Below, in pieces: positions 1 through 9,879 of a stretch of DNA of 64,000 nt (the stretch's first letter is position 1; the number at the start of each line of letters is the position of its first letter). The notes beneath the pieces were generated by a model. It did not search any database, was not told the DNA's origin, and worked only from the letters and a program-made list of their open reading frames with translations. The stretch is from Candidatus Woesebacteria bacterium. Its GTDB lineage: Bacteria > Patescibacteriota > Microgenomatia > UBA12405. Where the stretch lies: contig DAONDY010000001.1 in the NCBI GenBank assembly GCA_035402805.1, forward strand, positions 13,697 to 77,696, in the 5' to 3' direction. Both the position numbers and the translations under genes were made by a program.

Positions 1-368
1 TCAATGATTCCATAAAATCTCTTAAACCTGGAAAATTATTAAACGATTGTGTTGGTAAAATTATTGAACCGATTGCCAAGAAAAATGGTTATAGTGTTGT
101 TCGTGAACTTGGCGGTCATGGGGTCGGAATTAGCTTTCATGAAGATCCATTCATTTTTCATTTCAACACTAATCAGGAAAAAGTAATTTTAAAAGAGGGA
201 ATGATTTTTACTATTGAGCCAATGATTAATGCCTCTTCAAACTATAGAATAACTCTTGATCGACACGATAATTGGACCATTCGTACCTTAGACGGTTCAT
301 TGTCGGCTCAGTTTGAACACACTGTCCTAATTACTAAAAATGGTTATGAAGTATTAACAACTTTATAA
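1..368 (+). CDS. map: methionine aminopeptidase type I, 3' part (5' end outside window)
   Basis: Frame 3 translates to ...GYSVVRELGGHGVGISFHEDP...GMIFTIEPMIN...DNWTIRTLDGSLSAQFEHTVLIT...; these are the M24 metal-binding motifs; TAA at 366-368. Confidence 0.95.
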   Translation, partial: NDSIKSLKPGKLLNDCVGKIIEPIAKKNGYSVVRELGGHGVGISFHEDPFIFHFNTNQEKVILKEGMIFTIEPMINASSNYRITLDRHDNWTIRTLDGSLSAQFEHTVLITKNGYEVLTTL

Positions 369-405
369 CTTTAAAAACTTTATAACTTTAAAAACTTTAT
401 AACTT
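360..405. repeat. 17-bp tandem repeat (ACTTTATAACTTTAAAA x2.7)
   Basis: Units at 360-376, 377-393 and 394-405 (partial), spanning the map stop codon. Confidence 0.85.
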
Positions 406-418
406 GATAAACTAACTT

Positions 419-1258
419 ATGATGATTCTTGACGGAAAAACTCTATCCCAAAAAATAATTGATGATTTATCATTAGAGATTAGAAATCTAAATTTACACC
501 CAGTTCTAGATATCATCATTGTTGGTGATGACCCATCTAGTCAGAAATATGTCCAATTAAAACAAAAAAGAGCCGAATCAATTGGTATCAATGGCACCGT
601 CCATCAGTTAAATCAAAACGCTACCACACAAGAGGTTATCTCTTTAATAGAAAAATTAAATCAAGATAAAAATGTTTCCGCTTTTATGGTCCAATTACCG
701 CTTCCACCTCAAATTGATACTCCAAAAGTTTTATCTAAAATTGACCCCGACAAAGACGCTGATGGTTTAAATCCTTTTAATCTTGGCCTCCTTTTTCAGA
801 AAAAATCTACCGGAAGTGCTCCGGCAACTGCTTGCGGAATAATAAGATTATTAGAAGAATATCAAATTGATATTGGCGGTAAAAATGCGGTTATAATCGG
901 TCGAAGTTCAGAAGTATCTATCCCATTATTTGCCTTATTATTAGGTAAAAATGCTACAGTAACCATTTGTCATTCGCATACTGAAAACCTTCAAGAAATT
1001 TGCAAAAAAGCTGACATTATAATTTCCGCTATTGGCAAACCGAAGTTTTTAACAAAAGATTTTATCAAGGACCAAGCCATTGTTATTGATGTTGGTTTTG
1101 GAATTGATAAAAATGGTCAAGTTTCCGGTGATTTTGATTTTGATGAAGTGTCGAAAATTGCAGAGTTTATTACCCCAGTTCCCGGCGGTGTCGGCCCTAT
1201 GACCATTGCTAGTCTTTTATATAATACGGTTCAAATTGCTAAAAATCAAAATTTATAA
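419..1258 (+). CDS. folD: bifunctional methylenetetrahydrofolate dehydrogenase/cyclohydrolase
   Basis: ILDGK start, YVQLK, VQLPLP, KDADG, IGRS, TPVPGGVGPMT motifs. Confidence 0.97.
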   Translation: MMILDGKTLSQKIIDDLSLEIRNLNLHPVLDIIIVGDDPSSQKYVQLKQKRAESIGINGTVHQLNQNATTQEVISLIEKLNQDKNVSAFMVQLPLPPQIDTPKVLSKIDPDKDADGLNPFNLGLLFQKKSTGSAPATACGIIRLLEEYQIDIGGKNAVIIGRSSEVSIPLFALLLGKNATVTICHSHTENLQEICKKADIIISAIGKPKFLTKDFIKDQAIVIDVGFGIDKNGQVSGDFDFDEVSKIAEFITPVPGGVGPMTIASLLYNTVQIAKNQNL

Positions 1259-1269
1259 TATAAATACCT

Positions 1270-1464
1270 ATGAGTTTAAAAGAAATGCTTATTCCACTAC
1301 CACCTCTTTCTGAAGATGAAGGTAAACTTGATTCAAGTTTTTTTAAACCAATAAATTCTGTTTCAGAAACATTACCTGGAGTAGTTACTCCAGATTGTGT
1401 CTATGCTACTAATTTATCTGCTTCCAAAAAAATATTGGAAACTATAACAGAAAAAAATCAATAA
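1270..1464 (+). CDS. hypothetical protein, 64 aa
   Basis: ATG ORF filling the gap after folD; TATAAT at 1254-1259; no recognisable motif. Confidence 0.5.
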   Translation: MSLKEMLIPLPPLSEDEGKLDSSFFKPINSVSETLPGVVTPDCVYATNLSASKKILETITEKNQ

Positions 1465-1541
1465 TTTTACAAAAAGGAAATTACAGATCTTCTTCAGGCG
1501 CCTCATATATTTACATATGGCAATAATTGTTATAATTACTT

Positions 1542-1778
1542 ATGAAAATCCAACTTTACGATCGAGGCACCCCTCAAGGTAAACAGCTGTTTTCTAATAT
1601 TGAAGAAGTCTGTAGAAGACTTCAAATTGATTATGATCCAGAATATGTCAAAGACATGTCCAAAGTTATTAGTATGGGTCTTCAGGGTAAAACAATCCTC
1701 TTAATTGATGGTGAAGTTGCTTTTATGGACAAATATCCATCAGTCAAAGAACTTGAAACCATTATTTCAGAGTTTTAA
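1542..1778 (+). CDS. small thioredoxin-fold protein (Thioredoxin_3/MTH895-like) lacking CxxC
   Basis: MKIQL...EYVKDM...MG....LLIDGEV...YPSVKEL pattern of the family; extended -10 TGTTATAAT 5 nt upstream of ATG. Confidence 0.7.
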   Translation: MKIQLYDRGTPQGKQLFSNIEEVCRRLQIDYDPEYVKDMSKVISMGLQGKTILLIDGEVAFMDKYPSVKELETIISEF

Positions 1779-1782
1779 AAAC

Positions 1783-1995
1783 ATGCTTAAAACATTTAGA
1801 AAATTTATTCAACGTCGACCACATTTAAATGCTATTTTGGAAATTTTAGGTGCCATTATTATTTGGTGGGGAGTATGGGGAATTCTCGATCTTTTTATTT
1901 TTCCAGAAAATCGAATTATAAGTTATTTAACTTGCATCATTTTTGGATTTTTATTACTTTTGCTTAATGGTAGTGGTCTAGACGATATTAAATAA
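1783..1995 (+). CDS. small two-TM membrane protein
   Basis: Start revised to ATG 1783, just after the upstream stop; two hydrophobic helices and a WWGVWGILD motif. Confidence 0.7.
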   Translation: MLKTFRKFIQRRPHLNAILEILGAIIIWWGVWGILDLFIFPENRIISYLTCIIFGFLLLLLNGSGLDDIK

Positions 1996-2697
1996 TTTCT
2001 TTGCATTTTCATCAATTATTTTTTCTGTTTCTTTAAAACTTATTTCCCAAATTTCTGCCACTTTTTTGTAAATATATTCCACATTTTTTGGACTATTAAC
2101 TTCTCCTTTAAATGGCACTGGTGTTAAATAAGGTGAATCAGTTTCTAAAACAAGTCTGTCTTTAGGTATATTTTTTATTACTTCTTCCAATCCAACTTCA
2201 TAAGTCAAGTTTCCATCAATTCCAAAATACCAATTTTCTCCTAATTCTAATATTTTTTTAATTCTCTTAATTCCCCCAGCATAACAATGAAAAACACCGG
2301 TCAAATTTTTGTATTCCTTTAATATTTCCACCACTTCATCAACTGCTTTTCTGGCATGAATGATTAATGGTAATTTATATTTTTTTGCCAATTCTATTTG
2401 TTTTTTAAAAACAATGATTTGTCTTTCCTTATCAAATTTTTGCGAAAAATCTAATCCACATTCACCAATCGCTGTAATTTTTTTACAGTTTTTCTTAATT
2501 ATTTTTTCCAGTTCAGCAGGGGATTCCTGGCTCTCCATTGGGTGGATACCTACACTTACCAATAATTTTTCACTACATTTTTCAACTAAAATAAGGTTAT
2601 TTTTTGAACTAGCTATATTTGATGCAGCTAAAATGATTTTATCAACTCCCTTATCAATGTCGCACAATGTTTCTAGGTGTGCATGAGTATCTATCAT
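1978..2697 (-). CDS. tatD: TatD family deoxyribonuclease
   Basis: IDTHAHL, GIHP, IGECGLD, IHAR, FHCY, LETDSPYL motifs. Confidence 0.95.
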   Translation of the reverse strand: MIDTHAHLETLCDIDKGVDKIILAASNIASSKNNLILVEKCSEKLLVSVGIHPMESQESPAELEKIIKKNCKKITAIGECGLDFSQKFDKERQIIVFKKQIELAKKYKLPLIIHARKAVDEVVEILKEYKNLTGVFHCYAGGIKRIKKILELGENWYFGIDGNLTYEVGLEEVIKNIPKDRLVLETDSPYLTPVPFKGEVNSPKNVEYIYKKVAEIWEISFKETEKIIDENAKKLFNIV

Positions 2698-2698
2698 C

Positions 2699-4105
2699 TT
2701 ATTTTATTCTTGGAAATAATGGTTCACCCAAAGTTTTTACTTCATTTTTAAAACAATTTTCTATCTTTTGGGCCACTTTCGGCATTAAGATTTGTAAGTG
2801 GAAAGCAGCACTTTGAATGTTTTTGATACATTCATTTAAAACAGCAATTCTCTCTGGATTTTCTTTTTCCAGTTTCCATGGAGTAGTTTGATTTAGTTTT
2901 AAATTTGAACTATCAATCCATTTTTCAAAAACCAAAGCAAATGCTTCATCTAACTTGAGATCGTTTATTAAATTTTCAAATTCATCATCAAAATTAATCT
3001 TTTCCTCTTCTATTTTTTGACCTTCAGCTAATTTTGCTACTCTCGATACTAAATTTCCCAGATTATTAGCTAAATCGGCGTTAAATTTTTCTTTAAATCG
3101 GTCTATTCCCACATCAGAGTCTCTTTCTGTAGGAAAAGATCTGGCGATTAAATATTTACTCCCCTCCGTCCCAAATAGATCGACTAATTGTTGGGGTGAA
3201 ATTACATTCCCCAACGACTTAGACATTTTTTGGCCATCAATCATATAAAAACTATGAACATAAGTTTTTTTCGGCAGTGAAATTCCCGCTGATAACAACA
3301 TCGCTTGCCAGATAACAGTGTGAAACCATAAAATTTCTTTTCCTAATAAATGTAAATCAGCCGGCCAAAAATCATTTTTATCGTCCAAAAACTGGGTTGC
3401 ACTATAATAGTTAATTAAAGCATCAAACCACACGTAAACTGTTTGATTTTTATCCCAAGGTGTTGGGATTCCCCACTCCACATTTTCTCGAGAAATCGAG
3501 ATATCCTTCACTCCAGATTTTAGTTTTGCCAATATTTCGGCCTTTTTACCATCAGGGAAAATATAGTTAGTTTCTTCATTTTCAATCAATTCAATAATTT
3601 TAGGGACATATTTACTTAACTTAAAAAACCAATTTTCTTCACTTTTAAAAACAGTTTTTTCTTTCGGATGAAGTCCGCAATGACCATCAACCAATTCTGT
3701 TTCAGTTAAAAACTTTTCACAACCGATACAATATAAACCCTCATATTTAGCTTTATAAACATCACTCTTGTCATAAATTTTTTGTAAAACTTCGGCCACT
3801 ATTTTTTCATGTCTAGGGTCAGTTGTTCTGATAAAGAAATCAAAACTAATATCCAAATTTTTCCAGGCTTCTTCAAATCTTGGTGAAATTTTATCGCAAT
3901 ATTCTTTAACTTCTAAACCTTCTTTTTTCGCCGTTTCCGCCACTTTTTGTCCATGTTCATCGGTTCCAGTTAAAAAGAAAACATCCTCTCCTTTGGCTCG
4001 GTGCAATCTAGCTACAACATCAGCCGCCACAGTCGTACATGTATGACCGATATGGGGAATGTCATTGATGTAATAAATTGGAGTTGTAACAAAAAATTTC
4101 TTCAT
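2699..4105 (-). CDS. metG: methionine--tRNA ligase (short form)
   Basis: TTPIYY..PHIGH (HIGH), TGTDEHG, YVWFDAL, KMSKS. Confidence 0.97.
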   Translation of the reverse strand: MKKFFVTTPIYYINDIPHIGHTCTTVAADVVARLHRAKGEDVFFLTGTDEHGQKVAETAKKEGLEVKEYCDKISPRFEEAWKNLDISFDFFIRTTDPRHEKIVAEVLQKIYDKSDVYKAKYEGLYCIGCEKFLTETELVDGHCGLHPKEKTVFKSEENWFFKLSKYVPKIIELIENEETNYIFPDGKKAEILAKLKSGVKDISISRENVEWGIPTPWDKNQTVYVWFDALINYYSATQFLDDKNDFWPADLHLLGKEILWFHTVIWQAMLLSAGISLPKKTYVHSFYMIDGQKMSKSLGNVISPQQLVDLFGTEGSKYLIARSFPTERDSDVGIDRFKEKFNADLANNLGNLVSRVAKLAEGQKIEEEKINFDDEFENLINDLKLDEAFALVFEKWIDSSNLKLNQTTPWKLEKENPERIAVLNECIKNIQSAAFHLQILMPKVAQKIENCFKNEVKTLGEPLFPRIK

Positions 4106-4123
4106 TAACCTTATTTTCGCACA

Positions 4124-4396
4124 TTACTTGGTTTTTTTCTTAGTCACTTTTTTTACACTACCACCGACAACTTTTTTGGAATATTGACCTTTAAGTCGGT
4201 CAGATTTATTTTTATGAAAAATATTCTTTTTTACCGCCTTATCTAATATAGAATAAACTTCTTTTAAACCATCATTAGTTGGTTTAGTCAAAAACTTTTT
4301 AACAATAGTTTTCAACTGATTTTTAAAAGAAACATTATCCTTATGATTTTTTAAGGACTTTCTTAGTGATTTTTTTGCAGATAGACTGATTGGCAT
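4124..4396 (-). CDS. rpsT: 30S ribosomal protein S20
   Basis: MPISLSAKK...LDKAVKKNIFHKNKSDR; start set at ATG 4396, 7 nt below a TAAAAT -10 box. Confidence 0.93.
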   Translation of the reverse strand: MPISLSAKKSLRKSLKNHKDNVSFKNQLKTIVKKFLTKPTNDGLKEVYSILDKAVKKNIFHKNKSDRLKGQYSKKVVGGSVKKVTKKKTK

Positions 4397-4472
4397 GAGC
4401 ATTATTTTATCTTATCTTTTACCTATTTACAACCATGTATAATCTGGTCGATAATCAGATATAATTCAAATC

Positions 4473-6086
4473 ATGACCTTAAAAGAAAGGATTCAGTTTA
4501 TAAGTCAAAAAAAACAAAATACCATTTTATCTGCCTCTCTGGTTTTAGGTGTCACTTTTGCCCTTTCTTCAATTCTAGGACTGCTTAGAAACCGTTTTCT
4601 TTATTCCAAATTTTTTTCCTGTTGCGTCGCCCAACTTGACGTTTATAATGCTGCTTTTCGTCTTCCAGATTTAATTTTTAAACTTTTGGTTACTGGTGTT
4701 TTATCAGCCTCTTTTATACCTGTTTTTTCCAGTTATTTACACAAAAATAAAAAAACTGCCGAGCAGGTTGCTTCAACGGTTATTAATCTTCTTTTAATTG
4801 CTTTTTCTGTTATTTCCATAATTGCCTTTATCTTTATTAAACCAATTTCTGCCTTAATTGCCGCCGGTTTTTCGCCAGATCAACTAGATTTGATGTCTAA
4901 TCTTAGTCGAATTTTACTTATCGCTCAAATATTTTTTCTTCTTAGTAATTTTGTTACTGCCATTCTTCAGGTCAATCAAATTTTTATCATTCCAGCACTC
5001 ACTCCCCTTGTCTACAATTTTTTCATCATTATCAGTATTTTTACCTTAGCTCCACTTTTTGGCATTTATGGTGTGGCCGTTGGTGCCGTTGTCGGTGCTT
5101 TTTTTCATCTAGCCATTCAAATTCCGGTTCTTCGTCGCCAAGGTTTTGTTTATTACCCCATAATTAAAACAAAGTTGAGTGGTGTTAAAGAGATTTTTCG
5201 CCTAATGATTCCTAGAATTTTATCCTTAGGTTTGGGTGAAATTGAAAATACAGTTACCTTATTTTTTGCCAGTACTCTAGCCTCCGGATCTATTTCTCTT
5301 CTAAATTTAGCTCTTCAATTTATGTATTTACCTAGTCGTATTTTTGGCACCACTGTTGGCCAGGCTTCACTACCAATTCTTTCCAAAAACATAGCCAAAA
5401 ATGAATTAGAAACATTTAGAAATACCGTTCACAAGATCATAACCCAAAGTTTATTTATAGCCGTACCAATCAGTGTTTTGATTTTGGTTGAAAGAGTCTC
5501 TATTATTAGACTTTTATATGGTTCTCGAGAATTTCCTTGGACGGCTACCATCCTGACTTCAAAAATCTTAGCTTTTTTGGTTCCCGGTATTATTTGCCAA
5601 GCCATAATTCAAATTTTAATCAGATCATTTTATGCCCTTCATAACACTAAAATTCCATTTTTTATCTCCATGACTTCCTTAGCCGCAAATATTATTACTA
5701 GTTATTGTTTTATTAACTTTACTAATCTTGGTGTTATTGGATTAGCAATTAGTGCTTCAATTGGTAATTTAATTCAACTTTTCGGTCTATTATTCACGTT
5801 TATTAAAGTTGTAGATGGATTTAATTGGCTAGTTATGTTTGTCAAATTTTATAAAATATCCATCTCTTCAATATTAATGGGTATTAGCAGTTGGTTGTCT
5901 ATTAAATTTTTAGATCTTTTTATTTTAGACACCACCCACGTTATCCCCGTTTTAACTTTAACTATTATTTCTTCATTTATAGGCTTAATTACCTATGTTT
6001 TTTCTGCTAACTTTTTGCATCTTGAAGAAATTAAAGACTACCGAAAATATTATTTAAGATTTAAGGATTTTATTTTCCATAAATAG
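4473..6086 (+). CDS. murJ: lipid II flippase MurJ (MviN)
   Basis: LSSILGLLR, YNAAFRLPD, G.LSASFIPVF, LIRSFYAL..TK.P motifs; many TM segments. Confidence 0.95.
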   Translation: MTLKERIQFISQKKQNTILSASLVLGVTFALSSILGLLRNRFLYSKFFSCCVAQLDVYNAAFRLPDLIFKLLVTGVLSASFIPVFSSYLHKNKKTAEQVASTVINLLLIAFSVISIIAFIFIKPISALIAAGFSPDQLDLMSNLSRILLIAQIFFLLSNFVTAILQVNQIFIIPALTPLVYNFFIIISIFTLAPLFGIYGVAVGAVVGAFFHLAIQIPVLRRQGFVYYPIIKTKLSGVKEIFRLMIPRILSLGLGEIENTVTLFFASTLASGSISLLNLALQFMYLPSRIFGTTVGQASLPILSKNIAKNELETFRNTVHKIITQSLFIAVPISVLILVERVSIIRLLYGSREFPWTATILTSKILAFLVPGIICQAIIQILIRSFYALHNTKIPFFISMTSLAANIITSYCFINFTNLGVIGLAISASIGNLIQLFGLLFTFIKVVDGFNWLVMFVKFYKISISSILMGISSWLSIKFLDLFILDTTHVIPVLTLTIISSFIGLITYVFSANFLHLEEIKDYRKYYLRFKDFIFHK

Positions 6087-6103
6087 TCGTATATACTGGA
6101 TAT

Positions 6104-6688
6104 ATGGCTGTAAAAAAAGAGATTTCTCTTTTACCTGAATCTGAAAATCCGAGATCTTTTGGAGCTCGCTTTTTTAAATGGATTACTACCACCGGCAGAG
6201 TTACCATAATTTTAACCGAACTAGTTGTCATTTCTGTTTTTATATCTCGATTTTGGTTGGATCGTAAAAATTCTGACCTTTCAGAAGTTGTTCGTCAAAA
6301 ACAAGCAATTTTAGAAAGTATCGTCCCCTTTGAAACTGAATTCGTCCAATTACAACAAAGATTAAATTATATTAAAGATTTCTATTCTAATCAGCCAGAA
6401 TACAGTAATCAAATTAATTCTCTAATAGTTAGTACTCCAGAAGACTTATTTTACGAGAGTCTCTCAGTTTCTAAAGATGAAAAGTTGAAGTCAACCGTTA
6501 TAAACACCTCTCTGGTTGCCTACAAAGAAGAAAGTATTGTTAATTTTATTACCAATTTAATGCTAAATTCGGATATTGATCAGGTTGATGTCAATAAAAT
6601 CGAGAAAAAAGAAAAGGAGAATAAATATTCTGTATCGTTAACTTTATTTTTTAAACCAACTAAGGCCAAAGTTGTTAGTAAAATATGA
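6104..6688 (+). CDS. PilN-like type IV pilus alignment protein
   Basis: N-terminal ISLLP (INLLP-like PilM-binding motif), TM, coiled coil, ferredoxin-like C-terminus; followed by a PilO-like gene. Confidence 0.7.
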   Translation: MAVKKEISLLPESENPRSFGARFFKWITTTGRVTIILTELVVISVFISRFWLDRKNSDLSEVVRQKQAILESIVPFETEFVQLQQRLNYIKDFYSNQPEYSNQINSLIVSTPEDLFYESLSVSKDEKLKSTVINTSLVAYKEESIVNFITNLMLNSDIDQVDVNKIEKKEKENKYSVSLTLFFKPTKAKVVSKI

Positions 6689-7311
6689 TCGACACTAAAA
6701 ATTGGTTTCAGCTTAGACCGATGTATAGCTATATTAGAAAACAAGCTGAAAATGAAAAATTTTTAAAATATTTGGAAATTGGAGGGACATTCACTTTAAT
6801 TACCATTTTCTTGTTCTTTACCATTATGCCTACTATGGTTGCTATCTCTTCATTAATTGGAGAAATTAAATCCAAAGAGGCTTTTATTAAAAAAGTTAAT
6901 TTAAAAATTTCTAATGTTATTAAAGCCCAAGAGTCTTATTCTCAAGTTCAGGAAAAATATTCTTTAATTGAAGATAGTTTTCCTACTCTTGGCCAGTATT
7001 ACAAAGGTACATCCAATTTGGCAACCATTTTTAAACAATCATCATTAGACATAAATCAAATTAGTTTAAATCTAGACAAAGACGATAAAGATAATAAAGA
7101 TCAATTTTTTGATTCTTACGAAGTTAATGTCAGTGGTGAAGGTCAATATTCTTCAATTTTAGAGATGGTTAAAAAAATATTTGATAACCGTCGATTAGTT
7201 GATACCATTAGTATTAAAATTAATCAGGTGCCAGATCAAAATAATTCAAGAAATATTAAGGTTAATTTATCTAGCGATTTATATTATTTACCAAATAATG
7301 AAAAAAAATAA
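6685..7311 (+). CDS. PilO-like type IV pilus alignment protein
   Basis: TM, coiled coil, then VSGEGQYSSI...RRLV..ISI GspM/PilO-type core; ATGA-coupled to the PilN-like gene. Confidence 0.7.
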   Translation: MIDTKNWFQLRPMYSYIRKQAENEKFLKYLEIGGTFTLITIFLFFTIMPTMVAISSLIGEIKSKEAFIKKVNLKISNVIKAQESYSQVQEKYSLIEDSFPTLGQYYKGTSNLATIFKQSSLDINQISLNLDKDDKDNKDQFFDSYEVNVSGEGQYSSILEMVKKIFDNRRLVDTISIKINQVPDQNNSRNIKVNLSSDLYYLPNNEKK

Positions 7312-7603
7312 AATTAGTTTATATTTTATATTTATATCTTTTCTTACTTTTGTAACAGTTTTTGTTTCTATTGTTCAAAAAAGTTATTTTAATTTTAAAA
7401 AACCGCAAGCATTAGTTGAAAATAATAGCTTATTAAAAGAAATAAACCCTAACTTAGATTTATCCGTTATCTCCACTATCGAATCTAAAAATAAAAACAT
7501 TGAAGAACCTTTTGATTTCTCTATTATTAAATCAAACAAAAAAGAAGATAATTCTAATCAAATAAGCACCTCTGCCGGTGCTTTAAATAAACCTACACCT
7601 TAA
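7298..7603 (+). CDS. small membrane-anchored protein of the pilNO cluster
   Basis: Start revised to MKKNK at 7298; N-terminal TM; P.LDLSVIS.IE motif. Confidence 0.6.
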   Translation: MKKNKISLYFIFISFLTFVTVFVSIVQKSYFNFKKPQALVENNSLLKEINPNLDLSVISTIESKNKNIEEPFDFSIIKSNKKEDNSNQISTSAGALNKPTP

Positions 7604-8904
7604 TGTTAAAAGAAAAAAAGATACCAACTATACTAGGACTTCTTATTTTGACTGGAGCTGTTTTTGCCGGCGCTGTTTTAACTAATAAAAGTACTGATTT
7701 TACATCTAGAGCCAGTGGCGATTGTAAACCCATAAATCCTCAAGTTACTAATATAACTAACAATTCTGCTTCAATCTCTTTTCTCACCGAATCATCATGC
7801 TTATCTTCGTTATCTATCAACAATCAAACCATTAATAACAACGCTGTTTTAAACAGTGATCAAAAAAGCAAAATACATTATTTTGATGTCGCCAATCTAG
7901 ATAGCTCAACTAAATATGAGTTTTCATTAATTAATGACGGCAAGACCTACAAAAATTCTTTATACAAATTTGAGACAGCTTTAGATCCAAACGGTTTAAT
8001 CCCTTCATCTAATTTAGCCTGGGGTCGTGTTTTTACACCAGAATTAAAAGCTGCTAGTAAAGTCATGGTTTTTATTAATATTCCTAATGCATCACCATTA
8101 TCTGCTTTAGTAACCACTTCTGGTAATTGGAATATTTCTTTAGCTAATAGTTTCAACGAGTCAAGAACCGACAGGTTTACTCCATCTGATAACATTTCAG
8201 AAGAAATTATTGTCATTGATCAAGAAAAACAAATTACTCAAATCAACGCCAACACCTCTCAAAATGATCCCACGCCAGATATAATTTTAGGTCAAAACCA
8301 ATTTTCTTCGTTACCAGTTACTTTCAACGCTGAAACCAATACCGGTTCATTATCCTCAATTACTCCTGTTCCAAATTCTAAAGAGTTAGATATTCTAAAT
8401 CCTCAAAATGACGAATCTATTTCAACCAAAAAGCCAGATTTTTTTGGTACTGGTCCAAGTAAATCCACCATTAAAATAGAAATTCATTCTTCAACTGTTT
8501 ATAGTGGAGAAGTTATTGTTAATGACGATGGTTCTTGGAATTGGTCTCCTCCTTCAGACTTAGCCCCAGGGGAACACACCATTACCGTTACCTTAAAAGA
8601 TAATGGTCTTGAAAAAATTATTTCCAAAAAATTTACAGTTTTAGCCACTGACAGTAATCTTTCTTATTCGGCTTCGCCCTCAGCCATAACTGTTACTCCT
8701 ACAATTTCTAGTGCTCCCACTCCAACTAGCACTCTTGCCCCCACCGTTACCCCTACCCCCACTTTAGTCCCAACAATTCGTACTAGTAAACCCAGCACCA
8801 GTTCTGGAGTTCCAGTTACCGGTAATTTAATTCCAACCGTTGGTTTGATTTTACTTTCGTCATCATTTATCGGCTTTTCTTTTCTCTCTTTTAAGAAAAA
8901 ATAA
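7603..8904 (+). CDS. surface protein with FN3 and Ig-like domains, P/T-rich stalk and VPVTG sortase sorting signal
   Basis: N-terminal TM; VTNIT..SASISF.T...H...V.NL....KY.F (FN3); DGSWNW.P..DLAPGEHTITV (Ig-like); C-terminal VPVTG + hydrophobic helix + KKK. Confidence 0.85.
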   Translation: MLKEKKIPTILGLLILTGAVFAGAVLTNKSTDFTSRASGDCKPINPQVTNITNNSASISFLTESSCLSSLSINNQTINNNAVLNSDQKSKIHYFDVANLDSSTKYEFSLINDGKTYKNSLYKFETALDPNGLIPSSNLAWGRVFTPELKAASKVMVFINIPNASPLSALVTTSGNWNISLANSFNESRTDRFTPSDNISEEIIVIDQEKQITQINANTSQNDPTPDIILGQNQFSSLPVTFNAETNTGSLSSITPVPNSKELDILNPQNDESISTKKPDFFGTGPSKSTIKIEIHSSTVYSGEVIVNDDGSWNWSPPSDLAPGEHTITVTLKDNGLEKIISKKFTVLATDSNLSYSASPSAITVTPTISSAPTPTSTLAPTVTPTPTLVPTIRTSKPSTSSGVPVTGNLIPTVGLILLSSSFIGFSFLSFKKK

Positions 8905-8949
8905 TTCTGTTCTTAGGCTAAACATTTTTAGTGGTATGATAGTATATCG

Positions 8950-9879
8950 ATGTTGAAAGTAGTCAAGATTAGTTCCATTTTAGAAGAATTTCGTCCTGTT
9001 CAATGGATAAAAAATTTAGCTATTTTTGCCGCCATTATTTTAAATGGTCAGCTATTTAATAAAGAATTATTTTTTAAAAGTTTTTTTGCTTTTATCTCCT
9101 TTTGTTTATTATCTTCTTCTTCTTATGTGATAAACGATCTTCTTGATATTAATAAAGATCGTCTTCATCCCACTAAAAAAAACAGACCCATTGCCAGGGG
9201 TGATATACCTGAATATTTAGCTGCTTTTCTAGCTATTGCGCTTCTTATTTTAGGTTTAGCTATTGCTCTTTTTACCAGTTATGGATTTTTTGTTATTTCT
9301 CTAGTTTTTATTTTACTCCAATATGCTTACTCCTTATTTCTTAAGAAAAAAGCCATTATTGACATCGTCGGTATTGCCTTATTCTTTATAATTCGTGCCT
9401 ACGCCGGGGAAATTGTTACCGGTTATCATTTATCAATTTGGATTATGTTAGCCGTTATCTTTTTATCTTTATTTGTTGCTAGTGGTAAACGTCGTAGTGA
9501 ACTTGTTAACAGCGGAATAAAAACTCGCTCAGCTTTAGCTGGTTATGGTAAAAGTTTATTGAATTTTTATACCACCATGTTTGCTGTCTGTACTTTGATC
9601 ACCTACGCCATGTTTACTTTTTTTGAAGAATCAGTTACTTTCACTGGATCGGGATTTTTACATGGCTTTCTTTTAGAAAATTTTCCCAATGCCTTAAATA
9701 GAAAATGGTATATGATTACTCTTCTACCGGTGATATTTGGCATGATGCGATATGGTCAAATAATTTTTGAAATGCAGGAAGGTGAGAGACCAGAAAGAAT
9801 AATTGCTACCGATATACCTCTTTTACTTTCAGTCCTAACTTGGGGATTGATGATAATTGGTATCATTTATGCAATCTAA
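8950..9879 (+). CDS. UbiA-family polyprenyl-phosphate phosphoribosyltransferase (DPPR synthase-like)
   Basis: RPVQWIKNL, YVINDLLDINKDRLHPTKKNRPIA, KRRSEL motifs typical of the Rv3806c-like subfamily. Confidence 0.88.
   Translation: MLKVVKISSILEEFRPVQWIKNLAIFAAIILNGQLFNKELFFKSFFAFISFCLLSSSSYVINDLLDINKDRLHPTKKNRPIARGDIPEYLAAFLAIALLILGLAIALFTSYGFFVISLVFILLQYAYSLFLKKKAIIDIVGIALFFIIRAYAGEIVTGYHLSIWIMLAVIFLSLFVASGKRRSELVNSGIKTRSALAGYGKSLLNFYTTMFAVCTLITYAMFTFFEESVTFTGSGFLHGFLLENFPNALNRKWYMITLLPVIFGMMRYGQIIFEMQEGERPERIIATDIPLLLSVLTWGLMIIGIIYAI

Noticed and set aside
1450-1526. Possible frameshift at an A7 run extending ORF 1270-1464 to 1526
   Set aside because: All three frames are open over this short stretch and no homology signal is available, so it cannot be supported.
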